The notes below the pieces were generated by a model that saw only the letters and a program-made list of their open reading frames with translations, was not told the origin of the DNA and searched no databases. Shown here in pieces: positions 1 to 11,754 of a stretch of DNA of 33,572 nucleotides (positions are counted from its first letter, which is position 1; every line of letters starts with the position of its first letter). The stretch comes from Rhodospirillales bacterium (lineage in GTDB: Bacteria; Pseudomonadota; Alphaproteobacteria; Bin95): NCBI GenBank assembly GCA_038143065.1, contig JAYQLI010000017.1:1-33572 (forward strand), written 5' to 3'. The position numbers were made by a program, and so were the translations under genes.

Positions 1-37
1 CACCTTAGCGAGTTTCGCGAGTGTGTTTTTTATTTTG

Positions 38-63
38 TCAGCCAGACATACAGCCAGACAAAT
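38..63 (+). repeat. Tandem CAGCCAGACA repeats (12-bp period); left end of integrative element (arm-type sites or att repeat)
   Basis: tcagccagacatacagccagacaaat matches 30584..30609 (tcagccagacattcagccagacaaat) at 25/26 nt in direct orientation. Confidence 0.8.
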
Positions 64-428
64 GATGGTCAAACCACGTTACTTAGCGTTATCTCATACT
101 TGTGAGAAGCGCTTATTTGGTACGCGCGCGCGCCTGTGCGCGTCGCTGTCCTCTTTGCATGAAAGTGATGTTAAGGCGTTTTTTTGCTGGAGCTCGGGAG
201 GTAGGTTAATGTTCGCTTAGCTAAGCTATTTTGCATAGCCTCAAAGCATAATCAGCAAAATGTTTATCCAGAAAATTTAAACTACTATAATTCACAGTCA
301 GTTTTATCGCTTCGTGTCATTTATTGATTGAGTAGGGTGAAAGCGTACCAATTCCAGCCAATTGCCATCGTTGCTTTTCTAACAACTTTCACAGGTCCAA
401 TTTTGTCTAAAGTTTAATCCGATAAGTT

Positions 429-1432
429 TCAGATGTAGCTCGGTTCTATTGTTTTACCGGATTGCGCCGCTTGCATGCATGCGAGCGCAATGGCTAGTGC
501 GGCATGGCCGTCAGCAGCGGTGGCTGATGGTGAGCGCTCGCTCACAACAGCTTGATAAAATTCGTCAAGTGCGTTGAAGAATGACTGATCATAACGCTCG
601 AGAAAAAAATGCTTTAATGGTTCGCGCCCAACGGTTCGTTTTTTGTCCCATCGTACCAAATTATTTTCACGATGATTAAGCGTTTGCACCATGCCGTCAT
701 TGCCAAAAGCTTCTAAACGTTGATCAAAACCGTAGTACAGCTGCGGCTATTATTGATATGGACGAGTGCGCCAGATGGCATTTTGAGCGTTGTCATTGTC
801 ATATCAAAATCTCCTTCAACACCGATTTGATCGTCAAACATGCACGATCCAGTTGCTGAAACGCTCACTGGCCGTTCACCTGCTATCCAGCAAAGCAAAT
901 CAATGTCATGGATAGTCGCATCCACAAAATAACCGCCTGAAGAGCGAACGTATTCTATCGGTGGCGGACTAGGTTCGCGGGACCAACTCATAAGCATGTT
1001 AAGCCGGCCGATCTCACCGGTTTTAACTGCTTCGCGCAGAGCTGAATTATCTTTATCAAAACGCCGATTGAAACCAAGCATAAAAGGTACTGGATTTTTC
1101 TCCAGTAAGGCCATTGCACGATTTACTCGGGCAAGCGATTGGTCCAATGGCTTTTCGCAATAAATAGCTTTTCCTGCTCGAGCGGCGGCCTCGATATAAT
1201 CCACGTGAGTGTCTGTTGGCGTGGCGATCACTACCGCGTCGATCGCGGGATCGGCCAGCACCGCATCGAGGTCATCCCTGCACGCCCGCCATTGACCGGC
1301 TGCCTTGTTGGCCGATGTGATGCGTGGGTTATATATTATCTCTAATTTTAGCCCGGGATGACTGTTGATCTTGGGGCTATAAACCTTTGCCATGCGGCCC
1401 GTACCCATCAGTGCTATACCAAGGCGTTGCAT
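429..1432 (-). CDS. Gfo/Idh/MocA oxidoreductase, myo-inositol 2-dehydrogenase-like (frameshifted)
   Basis: ORFs 713..1432 and 429..692; GTGRMA Rossmann, ATPTDTH, CEKP, GFNRRFD, DATIHDID, C-terminal ERY..F and DGHAAL. Confidence 0.85.
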
Positions 1433-3030
1433 TACGCTTGCTCCTTCAAATCTTGCAGGATCATCGCAGCGGCCTTTTCGCTAATCATGATCGAGGCAGC
1501 ATTGGTGTTCCCCGTAACAATACGAGGCATTATTGAGGCATCGGCTAGGCAATCCATGGATGCCATAAACCCTCAGACGCGGATCAACTACTGCATTTCC
1601 GTCTATCCCCATTTTGCAGGTCCCAACAGCATGCAGTAGCGATAATCCATTGCTGCGACAATACTCTAGCAGTTGGTCATCATTTTGTATGTCTTTGCCC
1701 GGTGATATCTCGCATTCCACGCAATCAGACATCGGCGCGGTGGACGCGATCTTCCGTCCGAAACGCAAACCAGCAATTGCAGCGCGCTGGTCAGCCTCAT
1801 CGGCGAAGAAATTGAATTGGATCTCCGGCTGGTCTGTCGGGGACGCGCCGGAGATCCTGACATGCCCTCGGGAGGAAGGTCGCATGTGTTCGGCAAGAAT
1901 GGTGAAGCCCGAAAAAGGGTGCGGTTTTAGCTGTTCGTTCGTGCACCATGCCATGAACGTCACCATCATGTCAGGGCGAGCGATCTCGGGGCCAGAGCAG
2001 ATAAATGTGTTTGAATAATTGCCATTGTCTGCGAAGGGGCCGGTGCGGAAAATCAGGTGGCGCAGCAGTTGCAGCCCGCCCTTAAGCTTATTGTTGTAGA
2101 GATCATTGACCGTAGATGAAACGGTGGATCGGTATTCCGCACCGATGCCGAAATGATCCTGCAGGTTCTCGCCGACACCGGGTAATTCGTTTTGCACATC
2201 AATTCCGTGGCGCTTGAGCAGCGCGCCAGGGCCAATGCCGGAAATTTGTAAGAGCTGCGGCGAATTGAAGGTGCCGCCACTCAAAATGATCTCCCGCCGC
2301 GCTTTGGCCTTGTGCGTGCCGCTGCGGTCGTTCCAACGCACGCCCGTGGCACGCTTTCCTCCAGTGTGATGCGTTCGACCATTGCATGCAGTTTGAGGTC
2401 GATGTTCTGTTTGGCAAGACCGCGCAGATAGCCCGCTGCTGTGCTCCAGCGCATGCCTTTCTTCGTGGTAGTTTGGACGTAGCCCGTGCCTTCCTGCTGG
2501 GCACCGTTGAAATCGTCATTGCGCGGCACGCCAAGCGCCTCTGAGGCCGCGTGAAAGGCCTCGCCAAGCGCATGCTCTGTGCGAATGTCCGACACAGCGA
2601 CGGGGCCGCCAGTGCCGTGAAAGTCATCCGGTCCGCGTTCCTGGTCTTCGCAAGATTTGAAATAAGGCAGCACGCTTTCCCAGCTCCAGCCGGTGCACCC
2701 GGCCTCTTCCCAAGCGTCAAAATCCTGAGGCTGGCCTCGCATGTAGATCATGCCGTTGATCGAACCTGTTCCACCCAGAACTTTGCCGCGCGGCTGGAAC
2801 AGGCGACGGTTGTTGAGATGCGGCTCGGGCGCACTTTCGTAGCACCAATTCACCTTGGGGTTGGCATAGAGCATCGAATATCCAAGTGGAATGTGGATGA
2901 AAGGATTTCGATCCTTTGCGCCTGCTTCTAATAAAAGCACAGAGTGCCCGCTTTCGGCGAGGCGACCGGCCACTGCGCACCCGGCAGAGCCTGCCCCGAT
3001 CACGATGTAATCGTAGTCCGAATGCGTCAT
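1432..3030 (-). CDS. GMC (choline dehydrogenase-like) FAD oxidoreductase (frameshifted)
   Basis: [64 protein letters not shown]; RBS before ATG at 3030; TAATG overlap with downstream gene. Confidence 0.9.
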
Positions 3031-3188
3031 TAGGTTCTCCCGCAACATTTCAATCTTCATTTTTTTGCATGCGGTGAGCTTGTTCCCAAATACATGAAAT
3101 GTCAGATTTGGATAATTCGCTTATGGTTTGCCGGGGCCGCTTAGAAATAATGATTGGAATACCCGGCTGGACGACAGGAGATTTTCCT

Positions 3189-4890
3189 ATGACACGCGAG
3201 GAATTGTTGCGCATCCTCACCTTTGTCGAAGCAAATCGAGACATATCCGAAAAGCGGACCAGCCTCGCCAGAGTGGATCCTCGCTGGAACATAGTGGCTT
3301 ATGCCATGCGGCGGCATCTAGAGGGTAAGCTACTTACTATTACGTCGGCAGCTATGGCGGCAGATGTGCCCTATGGTACCGCAATGCGGCGTATCACTGA
3401 GCTCATTGATGAAGGGCTGTTACACAAACGAATTAAATCACGCTCTGGAAAGTCTTTTTCTCTGCATCCAACTCGAAAGCTGATCCTTGAGTTTGAGAGC
3501 TTTGCAATGCAACTCAAGGCTATGGTGGGAAATACTTTTGGTTTTAATACTGGCGATGGCGAAATCGGTGACTTCTATTTTGGGGGTTATTATATGGCAT
3601 CACGTACATTGCCTTATCCAAGTGCCATGCGACAGGGCGTTGGTTTGGACAAACCTTTTCGGATCCTGAGCTCCAATGATCCGACCTTCAAAACGCTGAG
3701 TGAATTTTCATCCAGTCTAAACGAACTGTGGCGCTAATATCAAAATTGTCAATCTCCCCTTAGATGAATTGCATGACGAAATCATATCGAATGCAACACG
3801 CAAATCTTCCCTTTATGATATGGTTGCTTTTGATTTGCCGTGGATTGGTCAGTTGGTAAATGAATCTTTGATCGAACCTTTGGACGATTTTATACGGGAA
3901 GATCGCTATAATCCGTCCGACTTTCACAACGCAGCTTATAAGGGATCATCTTGGAACGGTAAACAGTATGGCTTGCCGATACAACCAACGGCAGAATTGT
4001 TGTTCTGCCGCGCCGATCTGTTTGCAGAAGCTGGGCTATCCTTTCCAAAAACTACGGATGAGTTGTTATTGGCGGCACGAGTACTGCATCGCTCTGCCTT
4101 AAACATGTCTGGAATTGTCATGAATTTCGGCCGAGGCACGCCGATGGCGCACACTTTCATACAAACTCTAGCGGATTTCGGCCAACCAATTATCAATCTC
4201 AATCCTTTGGGTGATGGCTTCGACGTGACTGAAATCAATAAAGAAAATTATCGCCCTATGCTTGACACCGATGCGGCACGAGCCGCCGCGGAGTTTTTGC
4301 AAGAGATCGCTGAATTTTCTCACAAAGACAGCCTTATTTGCAACTGGGACCGACGGATCAAAATTTTTTCAAAAGGTGAAGCTGCGATGACCTATGGCTG
4401 GAGCATCCGGGCTGCTGCTTTCGAGTTGAACTCGAGCTCGCCTGCTTACGGAAACGTTCAATTTTTGGCGCATCCACATGGTCCGGGCACGCACACAGTT
4501 ACTCCTATCGGAGGGTTTTCTTTAGCAATCCCGTCGGGTTTGAGCGCTGCACGCAAGAAAATATCTTGGAAAGTTATGGAATATATGACGAGGCCCGAAA
4601 TGCTCAAGTGGTATGTCTTAAATGGTAACCTCACTAGCCCTCGCTTTTCCACAAGTATAGACCCCGAAGTGCAAGCCAGTTCTTTGCTTATAAGTGAGGT
4701 CGATAGCATGGAACGACGTGGTGAATTGCAAACCTGGCCCCGCCCGCCGATCCCTGATTTCAGCGACCTGCTTACCATCCTTGGCGACGAAATGCATATG
4801 ATGTTGCAAGGTGCAGTTTCAGCTGAGGATGCACTTGGAAGATCGCAGAACCGGATCGATAAATTGATGCGTGAGCGGGGCCGCTATTGA
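3189..4890 (+). CDS. Winged-helix + family-1 solute-binding domain fusion protein, putative regulator (frameshift ~3730)
   Basis: ORFs 3099..3737 and 3769..4890 together are colinear with intact paralog 16503..18311 (SGKSFSLHPT, YFG, DPTF, DLPW, WPRPP); AGGAG RBS before 3189. Confidence 0.8.
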
Positions 4891-5050
4891 CTGCTGTCTT
4901 ATTGTGAATGTTCCCAAGATTCATTTTGGACATCTGAACTGTAGAATGTGGCCAAGACGACCCCCAGACTAGAGGCACTTTCTAAATTTAGCAGTAGGTC
5001 GGTGAAGTATGATCGATTTGCTGAGCGCAACTACTAAGGAGGATCATATC

Positions 5051-6004
5051 ATGAAAATAACTAATTTTGCAGTAGCGGCAGTTCTTTCAGTTGGAGTTTT
5101 TACAACATCGTCAATAGCAGAACAGCTCAGTATGGCCTTTATCGTAAAGGACATGAATAATCCATACTATGCACGTATGGGGGAAGGTGCATTGCGTGCC
5201 GCCGATGAAAAAGGGATTAAACTGTCTTACGTGGCTGCTGAGTTCAACGGCGATATCGAAGGGCAAATTGGCGTTGTGGAAGCTGAGCTAGTAAAAAACC
5301 ACGACGCAATCGTTCTTGTCCCAATGAATGGAACCGCCTTAATTCCTAAGGTGATGGAAGCTAATTCATTAGGAATTCCAGTCATTACTGCTGATACAAA
5401 AGTAGAGGATGGTCCAGGTAAAGTGGAGACCTTTGTTGGCCTTGATGAACGCAGCTCATTCACTGGTATGGCCCAATGGGTCGTGGATCAACTTGGTGGT
5501 GAAGGTCAAGTAGCCATTCTTGAGGGCTTTAGGGGCAGCTCAACTGCTGAGCTCCGTTTGCTTGGCATGATGGATGTTTTCGATGCCTATGATGGAATTG
5601 AAGTGGTTGCTTCCATAGCTGCAGACTGGGACCAGGAAAAAGGCCTCAAAGTCGCTGAAGACATTCTACAATCGCATCCCGAAGTTGATGCATTTGTTGG
5701 AACGAACGATTTGATGGCCTTAGGTGCGGTGCAGGCAGTAAAAGGAGCCGGAAAATCTGATAGTATCATTGTTGTTGGTGACGATGCTATTCCTTCAGCG
5801 CTGGCCTCTCTGCGGGCTGGCGACTTGGATGCTACAATAGATGGCAATACCGACCTGGTTGGCTATGAAGCGGTAATGGCCGCCTACCGTCATGTGACCA
5901 ATGGAGAAGATCTCGACGATTGGATTAAGGTCGAGTCTTCGATCATGACTGCCGAAGATGTCACGGATGACTATCTTGAAGGGCGTGGCATTGAGCTGAA
6001 GTAA
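5051..6004 (+). CDS. Sugar ABC transporter periplasmic binding protein (RbsB-like)
   Basis: Signal peptide, NNPYY, GIPVITAD, ADWD, NDLMALGA; AAGGAGG RBS. Confidence 0.9.
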   Translation: MKITNFAVAAVLSVGVFTTSSIAEQLSMAFIVKDMNNPYYARMGEGALRAADEKGIKLSYVAAEFNGDIEGQIGVVEAELVKNHDAIVLVPMNGTALIPKVMEANSLGIPVITADTKVEDGPGKVETFVGLDERSSFTGMAQWVVDQLGGEGQVAILEGFRGSSTAELRLLGMMDVFDAYDGIEVVASIAADWDQEKGLKVAEDILQSHPEVDAFVGTNDLMALGAVQAVKGAGKSDSIIVVGDDAIPSALASLRAGDLDATIDGNTDLVGYEAVMAAYRHVTNGEDLDDWIKVESSIMTAEDVTDDYLEGRGIELK

Positions 6005-6023
6005 TAAACTTTGTTTGAATAAA

Positions 6024-6052
6024 AAGTGGTTGGTCTTCTTTTCCAACCACTT
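6024..6052 (+). terminator. Intercistronic stem-loop after binding-protein gene
   Basis: aagtggttgg-N9-ccaaccactt, 10-bp perfect stem. Confidence 0.6.
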
Positions 6053-6078
6053 ACTTCTGGGAAGAAGAGGTTATCGAA

Positions 6079-6845
6079 ATGGTAGGTTCAAATTCACTTG
6101 TAGAAATGCGATCTATATCGAAGAATTTCGGTGGTCTTCAGGCCCTAAAAAATGTCAGCCTTGAACTTTATTCTGGCGAAGTATTGGGTGTTCTGGGACA
6201 TAACGGTGCAGGGAAATCAACTTTAATTAAGATATTGGCCGGCGCTGAGACTTCCAGTGCTGGCACTATCCTTGTTGATGGTCGTGAAACTCAAGTTAGA
6301 GGTCCTAAAGATGCGCGCGCTTGCGGGATTGAAACTATTTACCAAGAACTCGCTTTGTGTGGGAACTTGAATGCGCCGTCAAATCTGTACATGGGCCGGG
6401 AAATTAATAAATGGGGCTTTCTCGATAAAAAAGCCATGAAGAAAGAGACGGCAAGTGCACTTAGGCGGCTTAATATTCGTATTAACTCGCTTGAGACAGA
6501 GGTCGAAGCTATGTCCGGTGGCCAGCGCCAGGCGATTTCTATTAGCCGCGCGGTTCATTTCGACACTAAAATTTTGATCATGGATGAACCGACCGCAGCG
6601 CTTGGCATGGACGAGAGTAAGCAGGTCATGGACTTGACTGTTGAACTGAAAAACAGGGTCTCGGCATTATATGGATCAGCCATGATATCCATGAAGTTTA
6701 CAATTTTACTGATCGGATCACAATTTTACATGGCGGTGAGAATGTCATCACTGGCCCAACACGCGATTTTACAGAAGATGAGATTGTTTCAATGATCATT
6801 TCAGGGCGCCCTGTTGAACGTCTTGACTACAAGGAAAAGGTTTAG
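6079..6845 (+). CDS. Sugar ABC transporter ATPase, single domain (frameshift ~6655)
   Basis: GHNGAGKST, MSGGQRQ, LIMDEPT; ISHD H-loop continues in alternate frame to TAG 6845. Confidence 0.88.
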
Positions 6846-6848
6846 ATC

Positions 6849-7785
6849 ATGCAAATCGCAAACCTGAAATTTAACCCAATTGTTTGGATCGTATTAGTCG
6901 CCGTGCTTATGGCGACGATCTCTCTTTTCTTTCTCCATTCTTCTTTACAATTGGTAATATGACAAACTTATCAAAGCAGGTTTCAATTGTTGCCATCCTT
7001 GCTGCAGGTCAGGCAGTTGTCATTATTTCTGGTGGAATTGACCTTTCTGTTGGCTCCGTTCTCGCCTTTTCAGCGGTCGTGATTGGGACGTTAATCCAGA
7101 TGGATATTAACCCAACAGTCGCAATGTTTGCTGGTCTATTTTCTGGAACTTTTGCAGGCTGTATCAACGGCCTAGTCATTACATGGGCGAAAATTCCACC
7201 TTTCATCGCCACACTGGGCATGTTGGGGATCGCGCAGGGGCATGGCTCTTGTGATTACTGGTGGTGTTTCGCATCCAGTTTTGTCACCCCTATTTCTTTA
7301 TATTGGAAATGCAAAACTTTTAGGAATCCCCATTCCTGTGTATTTTGTTGCTTTAACGTTTTTCGCCATCGGAATCATGATGCATAAAACTGTCTTTGGT
7401 CAACATGTTTATGCAATTGGCGGAAATGAACGTGGCGCGGCTTCAGGGTATTCCGGTTGATCGTCAGAAGGTCAAGATTTATGCATTGAGTGGGTTCTTG
7501 GCTGCAATGGCTGCTGTCGTCATGACAGGTCGCTTGGCTGCAACACCACCCAGTGTTGCGCAGGCTATAGAGCTTCAGGCTATTGCTGCAGTAATTATCG
7601 GCGGGGTCAGCTTTGTTGGTGGGCGGGGTCTTGTTTTGACCGCTCTCGTTGGCGCTTTAATCATGGCTATGATTACTAATGGGCTAAATATTTTGGGCAT
7701 CTCTTCCTTCTATCAACAGGTGTTGATTGGCATTGTGATTATTATAGCTGTGTGGCTAGACAATCTGAAATCGTCTGGCCGTTAG
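6849..7785 (+). CDS. Sugar ABC transporter permease (RbsC-like, several frameshifts)
   Basis: SGGIDLSVG, IPPFIATLG, FGQHVYAIGGN, ELQAIAAVIIGG spread over ORFs 6884..7387, 7242..7460, 7396..7785. Confidence 0.88.
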
Positions 7786-7795
7786 TTGAATATGA

Positions 7796-8918
7796 TTGAA
7801 CAAAAAAAAAGCCAAAAGCGTTGGTATAGGACTTGTAGGTTCAGGTTTCATGGGGCGTTGCCATGCTAATGCTTTCCGATCTGTAGCAGGATTGTTCGAC
7901 TTAGCGCTTGAACCAAGTCTTAATGTTTTGGCTGATGCAAACGACGAATTGGCTGCTGTTGCAGCGCAAAGCCTCGGTTTTTCGCGTGGAACAGGTGACT
8001 GGCGATGTTTGGTCGCAGATGACACCGTGGACATAGTAGCCATCACAGCGCCCAATCAATTACATGCTCCTATCGCTAATGCAGCCATTGCTGCGGGTAA
8101 GACTGTCTATTGTGAAAAGCCGCTATCGAGCACGGTAGCGTCGGCACTTGAAATGACTGAGGCGGCAGAACATGCGGGTGTAATTACGTTAGTTGGTTTC
8201 AATTTCTTGCGTAACCCGATGATCAAGTTCGCGCGTGAAATCATAAAGAACGGTGAGATCGAGAGGTCACCGGTTTTCGAGGGCGCCATGCTGAGAACTA
8301 CATGTCCGACCCCGATATACCGCACTCTTTTAGGACAGATCCGCAGGGCGGCGGGGCTTTGGCTGATATTGGAAGCCATATAATCTCCATGGCGCGCTAT
8401 TTAATAGGTCCGATTGTTGAGGTCCAGGCGGAATGCCGTACGATCCACACCAGGCGACCGATTGAAGCGGATCTTCTCAGCGCTCTTTTGTCAAGGTAGA
8501 TGATATGACCCACGCGCTAGTTCGCTTTAAAAACGGGGTCAGTGGTAGCCTTGAAGCTAATTGGGCTGCGACTGCGCGCACGATGGATCTGTCTTGGGAG
8601 ATTAGCGGTACCAAAGGTGCTCTTGCCTTTACACAAGAGCGAATGAACGAATTACAGCTTTGGTCAAGCATTAAAGGGCGGAGCGGCTACACAAAAGTGG
8701 AGGCTGGACCGGCTCATTCACCGTATGGTGCATTTTGTCCTGCGCCAGGCCATCATTTAGGTTTTAATGACCTGAAAGTTATTGAAGTCGCCGAATTACT
8801 TGCGGCGCATGCGGGGGGTGCTCCCTGCGGTCCTAGTTTTCGTGAGGCCTATGAAGTCCAACGCATTGTTGAGGCAATGCAGCGTTCACATATTGAACGA
8901 AAGTGGATTAAGTTGTGA
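7796..8918 (+). CDS. Gfo/Idh/MocA oxidoreductase (frameshifted)
   Basis: GLVGSGFMGRCH, CEKPL, GGALADIGSH, GHHLGFNDLKVIE over three ORFs; exact start uncertain (A-run near 7802). Confidence 0.85.
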
Positions 8919-9127
8919 GCTTTGATAAAATTGGTCACGGTGAAATAAAAAGGCATCAGCCTTAAGCATTGCAGCTACAGTTGATAAAAGACCCCAAAAA
9001 GCTGGCGGGCTCGAATTGCTTCTACTGTACTCGGGCACCTTTTTCGAGAAGTCGCACAAAAATGTATTTCTTTAAATTAGATTTTTAGTTCTCGGACTTA
9101 AATAAAAATATTTTGTTATTTCTATTA

Positions 9128-9837
9128 TTAAAAATCAAGTTTTCGCGCAGCCCAAGAAATTCCACGTTTTACGATTTCCGTTACATCTGGCACCTTCAAA
9201 TCCTCAAGGCGATGCCCGATTGAACAATAGAAAATGCGACCCTTATCCCATCTGCGTTTCCAAATTACTGGCACGACAGTGCCTTCGATCCACCATAAAT
9301 GATCGCCTGAAAAAGTTGTGGTGGCCAACACTTCATTTGAGGCATCGGTTAACATAAAATACTGTTCGGAAAAGAGCTCGAAACTTTTGATCCCTTTTAC
9401 AATCGGGTCATTGGGCCGGGTAATCGTCACGTCATAAGAAACGAAATCATCTGATGGAATAGGATTATCGGGCTAACCTGGAGGATGGGCGACAAATTGC
9501 CCCCCGATCAAAAAGTGATAGGTTGGGCGATCGCGGAAGGCATCCCCATATGACCATGCCATCCGGCTAAGCCGCAGCCCGAGGCAACCAATTTTAGCAG
9601 TCCATCCTCTTGTTTTTTTGTCATATTACCAAATTCGGGCTGATGAGAAGATCGCGCGCTTGACCAAATGGGTATGATGACATTCACATCAGATAAGGTT
9701 TCGGGCTGCTCTAGAGGCACGAGCGTATCGTAGATTTCAACGTCATATCCGTCCGCTATCAATAAGTCAGAGCACCATTGTGCAAAATCGGTTGGCTTAT
9801 GGCCTTGCCAGCCCCCTACGAATAACACCGCCTTCAT
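9128..9837 (-). CDS. ThuA domain-containing protein (frameshifted)
   Basis: GGWQGHKP, GLAGWHG, SEQYFM, GRIFYCSIGH, RGISWAA motifs. Confidence 0.8.
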
Positions 9838-10700
9838 GTGTGTTCCTTTTTCAGATAGCTGATTACAGAGGCCATATCGCGGTTGACATAGCCTTTTTGG
9901 CTGGCCTGGTTCAAAATATCTAAGTTCAATTCTGCTTGCGGCATTTGAACATCCAAGCTCTGCGCCAAGCGTGTGGCAAGATCGACATCCTTGGCTGCTA
10001 AGCCAACGGTGAACGTAACTTGATGCGCTCGCTCATCCAAATAAAGTGGTTTGCGATAGCGTAACATAGGCGCGCAAGCAGCCGAAGCTTCCAAAGCTTC
10101 ATAGGCCAAGGGAAGCTCAATGCCTGCGGCTTGGGCGAGGTTAAGCGACTCTGCGGCTGCCTGATTCAAACTGTGTATCACCGAATTGATCGCAAGCTTC
10201 ATTGTCGCACCTGCAGATTGCTTGCCAAGAATGATCGTTTTTTCGCCCAAAGCGTCAAAAATTGGTAGCAAAGGCTGTGCTATTTCCTCTGACCCACCCA
10301 CCATAATCATCAATTTGCCCGCTTGAGCGGCTTGGGTGGCGCCGGAAACCGGCGCGTCTATGATAGCAGCACGGCTTGATTGGCTTTGTAATCGGTTGAT
10401 CCAATTCGGGCTGACAGTGCTCATCTCTATGAACACCATGGCTTTTTTGCCTTTTAATAAGCCCGCCTCACCCAGATAGACGTCCTGAGAGGCGGCATCA
10501 TCGGCAAGCATTGTAATAACGATATCGCAAGCAGAGGCTAAGGCTTCCGGTGTTTGAGCGATCTGGCACTGCATTTCAGTCGCAAAAGATGCGCTGCGCG
10601 CAGGGTTGCGGTTCCAGACTTGAATATCGAAACCAGCATTGATCAGATTTTTGGCCATGGGAACGACCATGCGGCCCAGGCCTGCAATCCCTAATTTCAT
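9834..10700 (-). CDS. NAD(P)-dependent oxidoreductase, 3-hydroxyisobutyrate dehydrogenase family
   Basis: GLGRM..PMA, WNR, EMSTVSP, DAPVSG, catalytic K in MKLAIN, KDVDLA. Confidence 0.88.
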   Translation of the reverse strand: MKLGIAGLGRMVVPMAKNLINAGFDIQVWNRNPARSASFATEMQCQIAQTPEALASACDIVITMLADDAASQDVYLGEAGLLKGKKAMVFIEMSTVSPNWINRLQSQSSRAAIIDAPVSGATQAAQAGKLMIMVGGSEEIAQPLLPIFDALGEKTIILGKQSAGATMKLAINSVIHSLNQAAAESLNLAQAAGIELPLAYEALEASAACAPMLRYRKPLYLDERAHQVTFTVGLAAKDVDLATRLAQSLDVQMPQAELNLDILNQASQKGYVNRDMASVISYLKKEHT

Positions 10701-10736
10701 AGTTTGTTACTTTCAATTATCGGCTCAACTGCATTT

Positions 10737-11543
10737 TTATTGAATGCACCAACCGCCATCGATATGCAGCATTTGACCGGTCATATAATCGCTGTCATGG
10801 CTGGCTAAAAATGCCGCTGTGCCTTTCACATCATCGGGGTAGGAGACGCGTTTGATTACAAGCTCATTATTGGTGATATCTTCGTAAGCTTGCCCTGCCC
10901 GCTCTTTGAAACCAATTTCAACTAAATCTTTGTCAAGCTGTTCCCAAAGAGGCGTAACGACCACGCCGGGAGCATACCCGTTCACGGTAATATTATGTTC
11001 CGCCAACGAGACGGGACCGCAATGCGTTAACGCCAAACATCCATATTTTGAAGTGCAATAGACGGTCACATCCACCAATGGCTTGCGGGAGGCAATGCTA
11101 CCAACATTGATCAATTTATATACGTGTTCTTGCGGACCCTGTTTAATCATTTGGCGCGCTGTTTCTTGCATGCCAAGCCACATTGCCTTGGTGTTGACCG
11201 ACATGATCATGTCCCAATTGTCTTCATCAATATCCATAAAAAACCGTGGCTTATTGAGACCTGCGTTGAACAGGCCGATATTGATCATGCCAAAAGCATC
11301 CACAGTGGCGGCCACGGCGGCCACATTGTCTTCGCGTTTGGTAACATCCATTTGAACCGCAATCGCTTTTCCATTGCCGCGCGCATTGATGGTTTCTGCC
11401 ATTTTATTGGCTAAATCAATGTCTAAATCTCCGAGGCAAACATTTGCGCCCTGTTGCGCAAAATGTTCCGCGTTGGTCGCGCCCATGCCGCGTGCTGCGC
11501 CGGTAATTAATATGTTTTTTCCTGCTAATCTTTGCGGATCCAT
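10737..11543 (-). CDS. SDR oxidoreductase (polyol/acetoin dehydrogenase-like)
   Basis: TGAARGMG, NAG, YCTSK, PGVVVTPLW, YMTGQ..IDGG; GGAGG RBS before ATG at 11543. Confidence 0.9.
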   Translation of the reverse strand: MDPQRLAGKNILITGAARGMGATNAEHFAQQGANVCLGDLDIDLANKMAETINARGNGKAIAVQMDVTKREDNVAAVAATVDAFGMINIGLFNAGLNKPRFFMDIDEDNWDMIMSVNTKAMWLGMQETARQMIKQGPQEHVYKLINVGSIASRKPLVDVTVYCTSKYGCLALTHCGPVSLAEHNITVNGYAPGVVVTPLWEQLDKDLVEIGFKERAGQAYEDITNNELVIKRVSYPDDVKGTAAFLASHDSDYMTGQMLHIDGGWCIQ

Positions 11544-11640
11544 GGTAAAAGCCTCCCATTGCACTTTTGATATTTTATAATCGGTTCCAATTACCGATCC
11601 ATCATTGTCAAAAGATTTCCCGGTGCAAAATTCGAATGCA

Positions 11641-11671
11641 TCCAAAATGAATTTAATTAATCCAAACTGGA
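11641..11671. promoter_or_regulatory. Two candidate operator boxes in divergent promoter region
   Basis: TCCAAAATGAA (11641..11651) and TCCAAACTGGA (11661..11671). Confidence 0.5.
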
Positions 11672-11754
11672 CTAATTTATGGTTCTGAATTTTGACTTTT
11701 GGTTGTTGGCTTGAGAGAGCTGCGAAAGTAGCAAAACATTTAGGGAGGACGAAC

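Noticed and set aside
124-133. CGCGCGCGCG run as a functional Z-DNA element
   Set aside because: Single short run with no supporting context
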